A DNA stretch of 64,000 nt, from NCBI GenBank assembly GCA_965220615.1, contig CBDCQL010000001.1:207096-271095 (forward strand). The letters run 5' to 3'. Source of the DNA: Phototrophicaceae bacterium (GTDB lineage Bacteria; Chloroflexota; Anaerolineae; Aggregatilineales; Phototrophicaceae). The stretch's first letter is position 1. Every line of letters starts with the position of its first letter. The position numbers were made by a program, and so were the translations under genes. This document shows positions 25,929 to 34,350 of this stretch, one piece after another. Below the pieces are notes generated by a model. The model did no database searches, was not told the DNA's origin, and saw only the letters and a list, made by a program, of their open reading frames with translations.

Positions 25929-26669
25929 TCATTCCACATACGGCCGGTTCAACTGCAGCGGCGGCTTCTGCACCTTGCGCAGGCGCAGGTTGAGCATCTC
26001 CACGAAGATCGAGAAGGCGATGGCGAAGTAGATGTAGCCCTTGGGGATGTGCTGATCCAGGCCCTCGGCCACCAGCGTCAGGCCGATCAGCAGCAGGAAG
26101 CTCAGCGCCAGCATCTTGACCGTCGGGTGGCGGTTGACAAAGTCGCTGATGTGCGCGGCGGAGAGCAGCATGATGATCATGGCGACGGTGACGGCGATCA
26201 CCATGATGCCGACCTCGCTCACCATGCCCACGGCCGTGATGACCGAATCGAGCGAAAAGACCGCGTCCAGCAGCACGATTTGCAGGATGACCGCGCCGAA
26301 GGAGGGCGGAATCCGCGCGCTGGCGTGGCCGCTGTCGCCTTCCAGCTTGTCGTGAATCTCGTGCGTGGCCTTGGCCAGCAGGAAAAGTCCGCCGACGATC
26401 AAAATCAGGTCGCGCCCGGAAATCTCCTGGCCCAGCAACATGAAGAGCGGCGCCGTCAGGCGAATGACCCAGGAGATGGCGAAGAGCATCAGGATGCGCA
26501 TGACCAGCGCCAGGCCGAGACCGACCTGACGCGCGCGCGCCTGCTGTGCCTGCGGCAGCTTGCCGGCCAGAATCGATATGAAGACGACGTTGTCGATGCC
26601 CAGAATGATTTCCAGCACGACCAGGGTCAGCAGACCCGCCAGGGCGTCCGGGCTCGTGATCCAGTCCAT
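25929..26669 (-). CDS. terC: TerC-family integral membrane protein
   Basis: ORF 25929..26669. LEIILGIDNVVFISILAGKL and a second LLDAVFSLDSVITAVGM repeat are the paired TerC motifs. Polytopic. Confidence 0.85.
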   Translation of the reverse strand: MDWITSPDALAGLLTLVVLEIILGIDNVVFISILAGKLPQAQQARARQVGLGLALVMRILMLFAISWVIRLTAPLFMLLGQEISGRDLILIVGGLFLLAKATHEIHDKLEGDSGHASARIPPSFGAVILQIVLLDAVFSLDSVITAVGMVSEVGIMVIAVTVAMIIMLLSAAHISDFVNRHPTVKMLALSFLLLIGLTLVAEGLDQHIPKGYIYFAIAFSIFVEMLNLRLRKVQKPPLQLNRPYVE

Positions 26670-26754
26670 CGTCGCGTCCTCCCCCGCTCAGCGCCGCGGC
26701 GATTGTGGCACGGGCGGGCCAAGACGTGCAAGGGAGGAAGAGCGTTGCGGGAAG

Positions 26755-27231
26755 TCAGTTGGCGCTGGTCAGCGGCGAAAGAATCGCGATGCGCTCACGG
26801 TAGCGCTGGAAGCCGGCGTCCAGGGTGCAGACGGCTTCAATGTCATGCGCCAGCATGGTAGCCACAATGTTGGCGTCATGGACCGCGATACCACGGACGT
26901 CGTACGCCTGAACGAGGGCCAACAAATGTTCGCGCACGGCCGGGGTCTCGTCGGCCACCTGCATGGCAGCCACTGCCCTATGGAGGGTCTGCGTTATTTC
27001 TTGTGAGGCCAACAGTCTCCCCTTCATTTTCAACAGGGAAGCGGACCTCCAAAATTCCCGGATCACCTGTCCGTTTATCCAGAGGCGTTTGTTTTCCTCC
27101 CTAAACCGGGAGAGTTGTTTCTTGCAGGCATCATGCTTTACACGTTTGATATCCAGAGGATCGCTTCCGACCTCCTGGTAACTGTAATGCAGCAGAACAT
27201 TGGAATCCACGAAAACACTGCCATTTGCCAT
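26755..27231 (-). CDS. vapC: PIN-domain protein (VapC-like toxin)
   Basis: ORF 26755..27231. VFVDSNVLL (first acidic residue), IREFWRSA, VHDANIVATMLAH, CTLDAGFQRY. The start overlaps the upstream stop (TAATG). Confidence 0.75.
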   Translation of the reverse strand: MANGSVFVDSNVLLHYSYQEVGSDPLDIKRVKHDACKKQLSRFREENKRLWINGQVIREFWRSASLLKMKGRLLASQEITQTLHRAVAAMQVADETPAVREHLLALVQAYDVRGIAVHDANIVATMLAHDIEAVCTLDAGFQRYRERIAILSPLTSAN

Positions 27232-27902
27232 TATGTGTACCAGTCAGAGCGATGGGTGGATGGAGAATCACTGTACCAGTCAGCACGACGAGTGGAAACA
27301 GGATTGTCTACGGGTCTGGAATCCGGAATGGTCTGCAGCAGGCGCCATTTTTCATCGCTGCTCAACTCGCGCTGTTTGGCGACCTGGACCAGCAGGTTGC
27401 CTATCAGGTCTTCCACATCCAGCATGGCCAACGCCTGGATGCGTCCGACCAGCGCTTTCTGACGCCGCAACAACTGACCTGCCACGAGGGTCAGAGCGTC
27501 ATCGCCGGCGCCAAGATCTTCCAGTCGATCCTGCAGTTTTGCCAACTGGTCTTCCCGCGCTTCCGTCACCTTCGCGGCCCAGGCGAAGAGTTCCTCCGTT
27601 ACCTTGATCACGTTGGCGATGACTTCCTCGTCCGGCTGCGGCCCCCGATCCGGGACCAGTTCCAGTTGCGCCAGACCAGCGGCATATTGCTCCAGTTCCT
27701 GCGTATCTTGCTCAAGCGAGCCAAGTGCAACCATCGCCTCGTCAAGCACTCTCTTGCGCCCTTGAACGGAGGAAGGTGTGGCACATACCAGGCCGGCGAC
27801 ACCTTCCGGCAAACGCGGCGGCGGCTCCATCAATTGCGGCAAGGCGGCCATCATGCCCCTCCTGCTTTTCTTCCTGCCTGTCGCGTGTTCCTCATTATAC
27901 AC
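27231..27902 (-). CDS. Hypothetical helical/coiled-coil protein, positional partner (putative antitoxin) of the PIN toxin
   Basis: ORF 27231..27902 (223 aa; internal Met candidates at codons 17, 25 and 57). Its stop is translationally coupled to the PIN start. No recognisable RHH/AbrB/Phd motif. The C-terminus carries a repeated DWY[ST] (ADWYSDSPSTHRSDWYT). Start uncertain. Confidence 0.45.
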   Translation of the reverse strand: MYNEEHATGRKKSRRGMMAALPQLMEPPPRLPEGVAGLVCATPSSVQGRKRVLDEAMVALGSLEQDTQELEQYAAGLAQLELVPDRGPQPDEEVIANVIKVTEELFAWAAKVTEAREDQLAKLQDRLEDLGAGDDALTLVAGQLLRRQKALVGRIQALAMLDVEDLIGNLLVQVAKQRELSSDEKWRLLQTIPDSRPVDNPVSTRRADWYSDSPSTHRSDWYT

Positions 27903-28007
27903 CCGCGCGCTATCCCCCCGGGATGCTCCGGCCCTGCGTCCCCGCTATACTCCCCGGCATCGAGCAGGCGGACGGGGGCCGTGGACCGCATCGTCAGGGG
28001 CTTTGAC

Positions 28008-28502
28008 GTGGGCACCTACACCGACGCGCCGCTGCGCGCCGATTGCCTCGCCTTGCTGGAAGCGCCGCCGGCCCGCATCTTCGAGGTCATCAGCGACCAC
28101 ACGAAGCTCTTTCTGTGGCTGCCGCTGGTGTCGGACAGCACGGTCAGCCGGCGCCACGCCCTGCAGCGCGACGGCGTCAGCACGGTGCGCTGGCTGCACC
28201 TCGGCGCCTTCACCGTGCAGGAGTACATCGTCGCCTCGCATCCGCCGCATCTGCTGGCCAGCAGCATTGAGGAGAGCGAGTTCATCGTCGATCACGTGGC
28301 GCTGCAGTCCCTGTCAGCGGAGCGTCACGGCGGCACCTGGCTGCGCTGGCGCGCCTGGTTCCGCACGACGACGCTCGCGCCGCTCAGCGCCCCGCTGGCC
28401 GGCCTGGCGATGACGCTGCTCTTTCGCAGCGCCCTGAACAATCTGATTCGTGAATTCGGTGGCCGCCCCGTCGGTCACGGCGAGAAAGGACTGGAAACGT
28501 GA
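28008..28502 (+). CDS. SRPBCC (START/polyketide-cyclase-like) superfamily protein
   Basis: This is the C-terminal part of ORF 27225..28502. LEAPPARIFEVISDHTKLFLWLP resembles the SRPBCC N-terminal strand-helix. GTG 28008 sits behind AGGGG (GTG 27981 is an alternative). The stop overlaps the next start (GTGA), supporting a real gene. Confidence 0.5.
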   Translation: MGTYTDAPLRADCLALLEAPPARIFEVISDHTKLFLWLPLVSDSTVSRRHALQRDGVSTVRWLHLGAFTVQEYIVASHPPHLLASSIEESEFIVDHVALQSLSAERHGGTWLRWRAWFRTTTLAPLSAPLAGLAMTLLFRSALNNLIREFGGRPVGHGEKGLET

Positions 28503-29473
28503 GCGACAGAAAGATCCGCTGGGGCATTCTCAGCACGGCCAACATCGGCACCGGACGCGTCATCCCGGCCATGCAACAAAGCCGCAACGGCGTGGTGCAG
28601 GCCATCGCCAGCCGCACGGCGGAGCGCGCGCAGCAAACCGCCGACGCGCTGGGCATCCCGCGCGCGCACGGCAGCTACGAGGCCCTGCTGGCCGACCCCG
28701 ACGTCGACGCCATCTACAACCCCCTGCCCAACAGCATGCACGCCGAATGGAGCATCCGCTGCGCCGAAGCCGGTCTGCCGGTGCTCTGCGAAAAACCGCT
28801 GGCCGTCAACGCCGCCGAGGCCGAGGAGATGGTGGTGGCCTTCGCCAAACACGATCTGCCGCTGGCCGAAGGCTTCATGTACCGCTTCCACCCGCAGACG
28901 CAAAAGGTGCTGGACCTGCTGCGCGGCGGCGCCATCGGCGACCTGGTTATGGTCAACGCCAGCTTCAACTTCCCCATCGACCTGTCGGACCTGGGCAACA
29001 TCCGCCTCAGTCGCGAACTGGAAGGCGGCGCGCTGATGGACATCGGCTGCTACTGCATCAGCGCCGCCCGTCTGATGACCGGCGAGGAGCCCCTGCAGGC
29101 CCGGGGCGTGGGTCGCAGCGGCGCGGTCAGCGAAGTCAACGAGGTGCTCGGCGCCGTGCTGGACTTCCCCTCGGGCGCCGTCGCCGTCATCGATTGCAGC
29201 CTGCGCAACCAGCGCGTGCAAAGCTACGACCTGCGCGGTACGCAGGGCCGCATCCGCGTGGAGACGGCCTACGTGACGCAACCTGACGAGGCGACGCTTG
29301 TCGAGACCTGGGGCACGAGCGGCGAATACAGCCGCATCACCATCCCGCCCGCCAACAGCTACACGCTGATGGCCGAGGACTTCGCTGACGCCCTGCTGCA
29401 GGGGCGTCCGCCGAAATACCCGCCCGGCGACGGCGTGGCCAACATGCGCGTGATCGACATGCTGCGCGGTTGA
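28499..29473 (+). CDS. Gfo/Idh/MocA-family NAD(P)-dependent oxidoreductase
   Basis: ORF 28499..29473. IRWGILSTANIGTGRVIPAM, DAIYNPLPNSMHAEW, VLCEKPLA. Confidence 0.85.
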   Translation: MSDRKIRWGILSTANIGTGRVIPAMQQSRNGVVQAIASRTAERAQQTADALGIPRAHGSYEALLADPDVDAIYNPLPNSMHAEWSIRCAEAGLPVLCEKPLAVNAAEAEEMVVAFAKHDLPLAEGFMYRFHPQTQKVLDLLRGGAIGDLVMVNASFNFPIDLSDLGNIRLSRELEGGALMDIGCYCISAARLMTGEEPLQARGVGRSGAVSEVNEVLGAVLDFPSGAVAVIDCSLRNQRVQSYDLRGTQGRIRVETAYVTQPDEATLVETWGTSGEYSRITIPPANSYTLMAEDFADALLQGRPPKYPPGDGVANMRVIDMLRG

Positions 29474-29597
29474 CAGCGGCACAGGAAGGAGCCTGCCCTG
29501 ACACACGCTCTCCTGTTGGGCAGCGACTGGCTTTGAACCACCCGTCAAACCTGCAATAATACTGCAAGGGAAGTTCTTTTTTTGTAGAGGTGTGATC

Positions 29598-31169
29598 ATG
29601 CGCGCTCACCTGTTTTTGCTGTGTTTTCTTATTTTGATCGTGGCGGTTCCAGCCAGTCAGGCGCAGGAGGACCTGTGTCCGGCCGGCCTGCCGAAGCGTC
29701 CCGCGCTTTCAGGACATATTGAGCAAGCCGATATTCTGGACGGCACGCTGAGCTTCGATGAAGTTCTCGCTCATGGTGAAGAGTTGTTCACCGTCCTTTT
29801 CAACGTCTGCGACGGTCAGGGCCGCCCGGCGACCACCGGGGGCGTGGTCGCGCGGGAAGCGGACGAACCGGCCTTCAGCCGCGTCTCCGCGCCCGATTCC
29901 AACTCCTGCGCCGGTTGCCACATTCAGCCGCGCATCGGCGGTGGCGGCGAATTTGGTCTGAACGTGTTTGTGATCGCCCAGCACGCGGACCCCGTGCTAG
30001 AAACAACGTCCATGTCGATGAGCAATCATCGCAATCCCCTGGGAATGTTCGGCGCCGGCCCGATCGAGATGCTGGCGCGCGAAATGAGTACGGACCTGCA
30101 GGCCCTGCGAGCAGAAGCCGGGGCCAGGGCCAGGGAACAGGGCCAGGCCGTGACGGTGGAACTGGTGACCAAGGGCGTGAACTTCGGCCTGTTGACGATG
30201 CGGGCCGATGGCACGCAGGATTCCAGCGGCGTTGAAGGCATCGACCATGACCTGGTGGTCAAGCCATTCCACCAGGCCGGGACGAAGATTTCATTGCGCC
30301 AGTTTTCCGCCAGCGCCATGAACCATCACCACGGCATGCAGGCCGAGGAACGCTTCGATCTCAACCCCGACATCATGGACCCCGACTTCGACCGGGACGG
30401 CGTGCAGCGCGAACTGACCATCGGCGACATCACCGCCATCACGCTCTTCCAGGCGGCCCTGGCGACACCCGGGCGCGTCCTGCCGCAAGACCCGGACCTG
30501 CGGGCCGCCGCCATCCGCGGCGAGCAGGTCTTCGAAAGCATCGGCTGCACAGGTTGTCACATCCCTGAACTGCCTCTCGAGTCGCGCTTCTTTTCCGACC
30601 CGAACCCCTTCAATCCGACCAACACCATGACGGACATGTCACAGACCGTCCGTTTTGACATGACCGTGCAGGGCCGGCAGCCGCGACTGGAACGCAGCGG
30701 CGAAGGCGCCATCGTGCGCGCTTTCACCGACCTCAAACGTCACAGCCTCTGCGACCCGCCGGAGCAGCCGGACGCCATCCGCTTCTTCTGCAACGAGGTG
30801 CTGCTGGACAGTCGGCCGGACCAGAACGGCAGATCAGGCTCGGAGTTCTTCCTGACGCGCAAGCTGTGGGATGCCGGCAGTTCGGCACCCTACGGACATC
30901 GCGGCGACCTGACCACCCTGTCCGAGGCCATTCTAATGCACGGCGGTGAGGCGCGCGCGACGCGCGATGCCTTCACTGAACTTCCCTTCGCCGAGCAACG
31001 CGCGGTCGTGGAGTTCCTGCTGTCGCTGCAGATCCTGCCGGAGGGCCAAACCGGCGGGCCCGGCCTGACGGCCTCACAGGCGGTGATCGCCTTGCCTGGC
31101 GGATTGCTGCTGCTCGGCCTGCTGGGCGGCGTCCTGGCCCGGCGGCGACGCGGTGAAAACGGCGGGTAA
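29598..31169 (+). CDS. Di-haem oxidoreductase (DUF1111 / putative peroxidase family) with signal peptide and C-terminal sorting-like anchor
   Basis: ORF 29592..31169. ATG 29598 sits behind AGAGG. Signal peptide HLFLLCFLILIVAVPASQA. Two CxxCH haem motifs (CAGCH, CTGCH). GHRGDLTTLSEAILMHGGEA is typical of DUF1111. Tail is PGGLLLLGLLGGVLARRRRG. Confidence 0.8.
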   Translation: MRAHLFLLCFLILIVAVPASQAQEDLCPAGLPKRPALSGHIEQADILDGTLSFDEVLAHGEELFTVLFNVCDGQGRPATTGGVVAREADEPAFSRVSAPDSNSCAGCHIQPRIGGGGEFGLNVFVIAQHADPVLETTSMSMSNHRNPLGMFGAGPIEMLAREMSTDLQALRAEAGARAREQGQAVTVELVTKGVNFGLLTMRADGTQDSSGVEGIDHDLVVKPFHQAGTKISLRQFSASAMNHHHGMQAEERFDLNPDIMDPDFDRDGVQRELTIGDITAITLFQAALATPGRVLPQDPDLRAAAIRGEQVFESIGCTGCHIPELPLESRFFSDPNPFNPTNTMTDMSQTVRFDMTVQGRQPRLERSGEGAIVRAFTDLKRHSLCDPPEQPDAIRFFCNEVLLDSRPDQNGRSGSEFFLTRKLWDAGSSAPYGHRGDLTTLSEAILMHGGEARATRDAFTELPFAEQRAVVEFLLSLQILPEGQTGGPGLTASQAVIALPGGLLLLGLLGGVLARRRRGENGG

Positions 31170-31269
31170 CGGCACGCCGGTTGTCGATCTGGCGGAGGCA
31201 GATCTGGCGCAGACGCCTGCGGTATGCAATTGACTGCGGATTGCCGCCGCGGCATGGCATCGCCGGCCA

Positions 31270-31791
31270 TCAGTGCCAGTCATGGGCGGGCGGCATCGGC
31301 ATGGCGGCCTCCAGGGCCTGCACCTCCGAGACGATGACGTTGGCGGTGCCGTCCCAGCGGTCCGCCACGCCCCGCAGCAGAATCAGGTCATTGGCCATTT
31401 CCCTGCGGTAACGCTCATAGACCCGCGGCCAGAGGATGAGTTGGACGTCCCCCTCTTCATCCTCGACGGTGACGAATACCGTGCCGTCCCTGCCCTTCGG
31501 GTGCTGCCGGGCGATGGCCCAGCCGGCGACGAGGACTTCCGCGCCTTCTTTCGCCCCCTCCACGGCCGTGATGGACAGCACGTCGGGGCCCAGCGTGGGC
31601 CGCAGGGTGAGCCCGGCAGCCCACAGGGCCTGGCGGCGGTTGTCCATGATCGCATCCAGCGAGCCGGCACGGACCAAGGGGGAGCGCGGGGAGCGGTCGA
31701 TGATGACGACAGGTTGGTCTTTCAGTGCGGGCTGGCGCTGCAACTCGATTTCGGCCCTCAGGTGAAGGATGAGCAGGCAGGCGATCCTCAA
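31270..31791 (-). pseudogene. Relic in-frame fusion of an ImuB/Y-family-polymerase N-terminus with the C-terminal OB-fold region of DnaE2 (error-prone Pol III alpha)
   Basis: ORF 31270..31812. The probable start is TTG 31791 behind GGGGAG, giving (M)RIACLLILHLRAEIELQRQPALKDQPVVII (ImuB/DinB-like start). It continues ...RRQALW...VLVAGWAIARQHPKGRDGTVFVTVEDEEGDVQLILWPRVYERYRR...LLLRGV, which is the DnaE2 C-terminal pattern. Only 173-180 aa remain, against more than 1500 aa for the two intact genes. Confidence 0.55.
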
Positions 31792-31832
31792 GACGACTCC
31801 CCGGTCCGGCAATCCGAACAGTGCATGAGGCC

Positions 31833-31861
31833 AGCATATAGAATATATGTTCGGTTATCAA
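31833..31861 (-). promoter_or_regulatory. Candidate SOS-regulated promoter: TTGATA-N17-TATGCT with a CGAAC-N4-ATTC (Gram-positive-type LexA box, one mismatch) in the spacer
   Basis: Minus-sense read: TTGATAaCCGAACATATATTCTaTATGCT. The box occupies 31840-31853, about 40-50 nt upstream of the relic ORF start. Confidence 0.45.
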
Positions 31862-32024
31862 CGGTTTGGCGGGAAACAGGGGACGGTGGCGGGTTGACAC
31901 CAGGGAATGCGCCCAACGAGCGTCCGCCTGGAAAGTCCTGCTGTTCAAGCGAGCGCCGGTTCGTCAGCCCGTCAGGTCGCGACTGATGCTCAGCGGGGCT
32001 GGCACATCTGCGACCGACCGGCCT

Positions 32025-33215
32025 TCAGTCGCCGCCGGCCTCCGCCTCGATGCGCGCGATGGCCGCGCGGACCGCGGCGCGACGCTCCTCCGTCAGGGAC
32101 GCCGCCAGCTGCTCCAGTGAGTCGCGCAGCACCTGCGGCACCTGGCTGGCCTCCTCCGGAATCGTGCGAAAGAAGGAGGTCAGGGCCTCCTCCGCCTGCC
32201 CCTTTTCCCCCAGCGCCAGGCTGGTCGTCACTAGGTCGGCGTAGCCCCAGTAGTTGTCGACGTCGGCGCGGGTTTCGGCGGCGGCCAGTTGCTGCGCCTG
32301 GCGCCATGTGTCGCGCATGGCGTCGGCGCCATCCTGCTGCATGCCCAGCAGCGCCAGGTTGACGTATGCGTAGGACGAGGCGGGGGTGACGCGCGCCGCC
32401 TCGCGGTAGGCGTGGACGGCTTCCTGCGTCTGGCCGCGACGACGGTAAAGGCCGCCCAGCGAGCCCCACCAGGACTCGCCGTCGTCGTCCACCAGGTTGG
32501 GCAACAGCGCCAGGGCCTGCGTCAGGTGACGCTCGGCCTCGTTGATGGCGCGCGCGCGTTCCACGCCCTGCGGCAACTGCTCGGCGCGGCGGCGATACAC
32601 GTAGCCGAGGCTGGCCAGCGCGGGCGCGAAGTCGGGTTCGCTGGCCAGGGCCTGGCGCAGGAAGGACTCGGCCTCGTCGAGGGCGCCGGTCTGCGAGCAA
32701 GCGTAGCCCATGCGGTAGTTGATGACCGGGTTGCGCGGGTCCAGTTGCAGCGCGCGTTCGTAGATGGCGCGGGCGCCGCGCAGGTCGCCGGAGCGGTACT
32801 GCCGTTCGCCGAGGGGCAGGAAGGACAGGGCGCGGGTGGCGTCGCCGGTCGATTTCTCCAGCGCGCCTTGCAGACTGGCGAAGGCTTCTTCGCGCTGGCG
32901 CGTCTCTTCCTGCAGTAGACGGCGCGAACTCGCGATCTCTTCCTCGAATTTCTGCCGCGATTCGCGCAGCTGGTTCTGGGCGGCGATGAAGCGCGTGACG
33001 CCGAAAATCGCCGCCGCGCCGCCGACCACCGTCACCACGAAGCCGAAGGATTCCAGCAGACCCAACAGATTGAAGGCCTGGTCGAGGGCGCGGTCGGCGT
33101 CGGCCAGATCGCGCGCCACCTGGGTCGCCAGGGCGGGCACGTCGCCGGCCTCCGCCTGGGCCTGGAGGGCCAGGGGCGTGAGCAGCAGGAGGAAAAGGGG
33201 CGTAAGAACGCGCAT
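32025..33215 (-). CDS. Secreted/membrane-anchored TPR-repeat protein
   Basis: ORF 32025..33368. Credible start ATG 33215 (MRVLTPLFLLLLTPLALQAQA signal peptide), then a hydrophobic segment FGFVVTVVGGAAAIFGV, a coiled coil, and TPR-like repeats (ARAIYERALQLDPRNPVINYRMGYACSQTGALDEAESFLRQALASEP...). Confidence 0.7.
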   Translation of the reverse strand: MRVLTPLFLLLLTPLALQAQAEAGDVPALATQVARDLADADRALDQAFNLLGLLESFGFVVTVVGGAAAIFGVTRFIAAQNQLRESRQKFEEEIASSRRLLQEETRQREEAFASLQGALEKSTGDATRALSFLPLGERQYRSGDLRGARAIYERALQLDPRNPVINYRMGYACSQTGALDEAESFLRQALASEPDFAPALASLGYVYRRRAEQLPQGVERARAINEAERHLTQALALLPNLVDDDGESWWGSLGGLYRRRGQTQEAVHAYREAARVTPASSYAYVNLALLGMQQDGADAMRDTWRQAQQLAAAETRADVDNYWGYADLVTTSLALGEKGQAEEALTSFFRTIPEEASQVPQVLRDSLEQLAASLTEERRAAVRAAIARIEAEAGGD

Positions 33216-33234
33216 GGGCGGTATTGTACACGCT

Positions 33235-34350
33235 ATGAAACCCGCCACCGCCACTCCCGTCGACGCGCGACCCGACGGCCGCCTGCTGGATTGGTACGAG
33301 CGCGAGGCCGCCGACCTGCCCTGGCGCCGGACCAGCGACCCCTGGGCCATCTGGCTGGCCGAGATCATGCTTCAGCAGACGCAGGTCAGGACGGTCATCC
33401 CCTACTACGAACGCTTCCTGCGGCGCTTCCCGGATATCGCCTCGCTCGCCGCCGCCGACCTGGATGAAGTGCTCAAACTCTGGGAGGGGCTGGGTTACTA
33501 CAGCCGCGCGCGCAACCTGCAGCGCGCCGCGCGCCAGGTCATGAGGGAGCACGATGGCTGCCTGCCGCGCAGCGCGGCCGGGCTGCAAAAACTGCCCGGC
33601 ATCGGCCGCTACAGCGCCGGCGCCATCGCCAGCATCGCCTTCGGTGAGGCGGCGCCCGTGCTGGATGGCAACGTCATGCGCGTCTTCGCCCGCCTGACCG
33701 ACCTTGACGAAGACATCACGCGTTCGGCGACGCAGCGGCGCCTGTGGGCGCTGGCGCAGGACTGGCTGCACCCCACGCGGCCCGGCGCCTGGAACCAGGC
33801 CCTGATGGAACTGGGGCGTCGCGTCTGCCGGCCCCGTCAGCCGGACTGTCCGCGCTGTCCGCTGCAGGCATCCTGCCTGGCCCAGGCCCGCGGCACCCAG
33901 GCGCAACGCCCGCGCCGACGTCCCCGCCCCGACAGGCCGCATCACGACCTAGTCGTCGCCCTGCTGCGCAACGCGCGGGGCGAGGTCCTGATTCAGCGGC
34001 GACCGGAGGAAGGGCTGCTGGGCGGCCTGTGGACCTTCCCCGGCGGTCGCGTGATGGCGGAGGACGCCAGCCTGGAGGCGGCGCTGCAACGCTGTCTGCG
34101 CGAGACCCTGGCGCTGGAGGTGCGGCCAGGGGCGACCCTGGCGCCGGTGCAACACGGCTTCACCCATTTTCGCATCACCTTGCACGCCCGGGAGTGCGCC
34201 CTGGTCCGCGGACCGGAGCTGTCACAGACGTCGGAGACCGCCTGGGTGCGGCCGGAGGAACTGGGCAGTTACAGCTTTGGCGGGGCCGAGCGCGCGCTCA
34301 TCGCCAACTGGCTCAGAGCGGCGCATCGAGGAAGCGCGACTCCGCAATAA
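33235..34350 (+). CDS. mutY: A/G-specific adenine DNA glycosylase MutY
   Basis: Real gene inside ORF 32764..34350. LLDWYEREAADLPWRRTSDPWAIWLAEIMLQQTQV, GLGYYSRARNL, the 4Fe-4S cluster loop CRPRQPDCPRCPLQASC, and a C-terminal NUDIX-like domain (GLLGGLWTFPGG). Start ATG 33235 (ATG 33214 is an alternative). Confidence 0.9.
   Translation: MKPATATPVDARPDGRLLDWYEREAADLPWRRTSDPWAIWLAEIMLQQTQVRTVIPYYERFLRRFPDIASLAAADLDEVLKLWEGLGYYSRARNLQRAARQVMREHDGCLPRSAAGLQKLPGIGRYSAGAIASIAFGEAAPVLDGNVMRVFARLTDLDEDITRSATQRRLWALAQDWLHPTRPGAWNQALMELGRRVCRPRQPDCPRCPLQASCLAQARGTQAQRPRRRPRPDRPHHDLVVALLRNARGEVLIQRRPEEGLLGGLWTFPGGRVMAEDASLEAALQRCLRETLALEVRPGATLAPVQHGFTHFRITLHARECALVRGPELSQTSETAWVRPEELGSYSFGGAERALIANWLRAAHRGSATPQ

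Noticed and set aside
26670-26754. Possible yybP-ykoY (Mn2+) riboswitch upstream of terC.
   Set aside because: Only about 85 nt separate terC from the upstream PIN gene, and I cannot find the conserved riboswitch blocks. At most there is a weak TTGCAC-N18-CACAAT promoter-like pair.
27225-28007. N-terminal 260 codons of the plus-strand ORF 27225..28502.
   Set aside because: It lies antisense to the PIN-coupled ORF, has no plausible start or SD, and has odd composition. Only the C-terminal SRPBCC-like part, which is start-stop coupled to the next gene, was kept.
29533-29561. TTGAAC-N17-ATAATA promoter-like element upstream of the di-haem gene.
   Set aside because: It is plausible, but sigma-70-like hexamers are weak evidence on their own in this lineage, so I did not list it as a feature. 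It needs transcription start site mapping.
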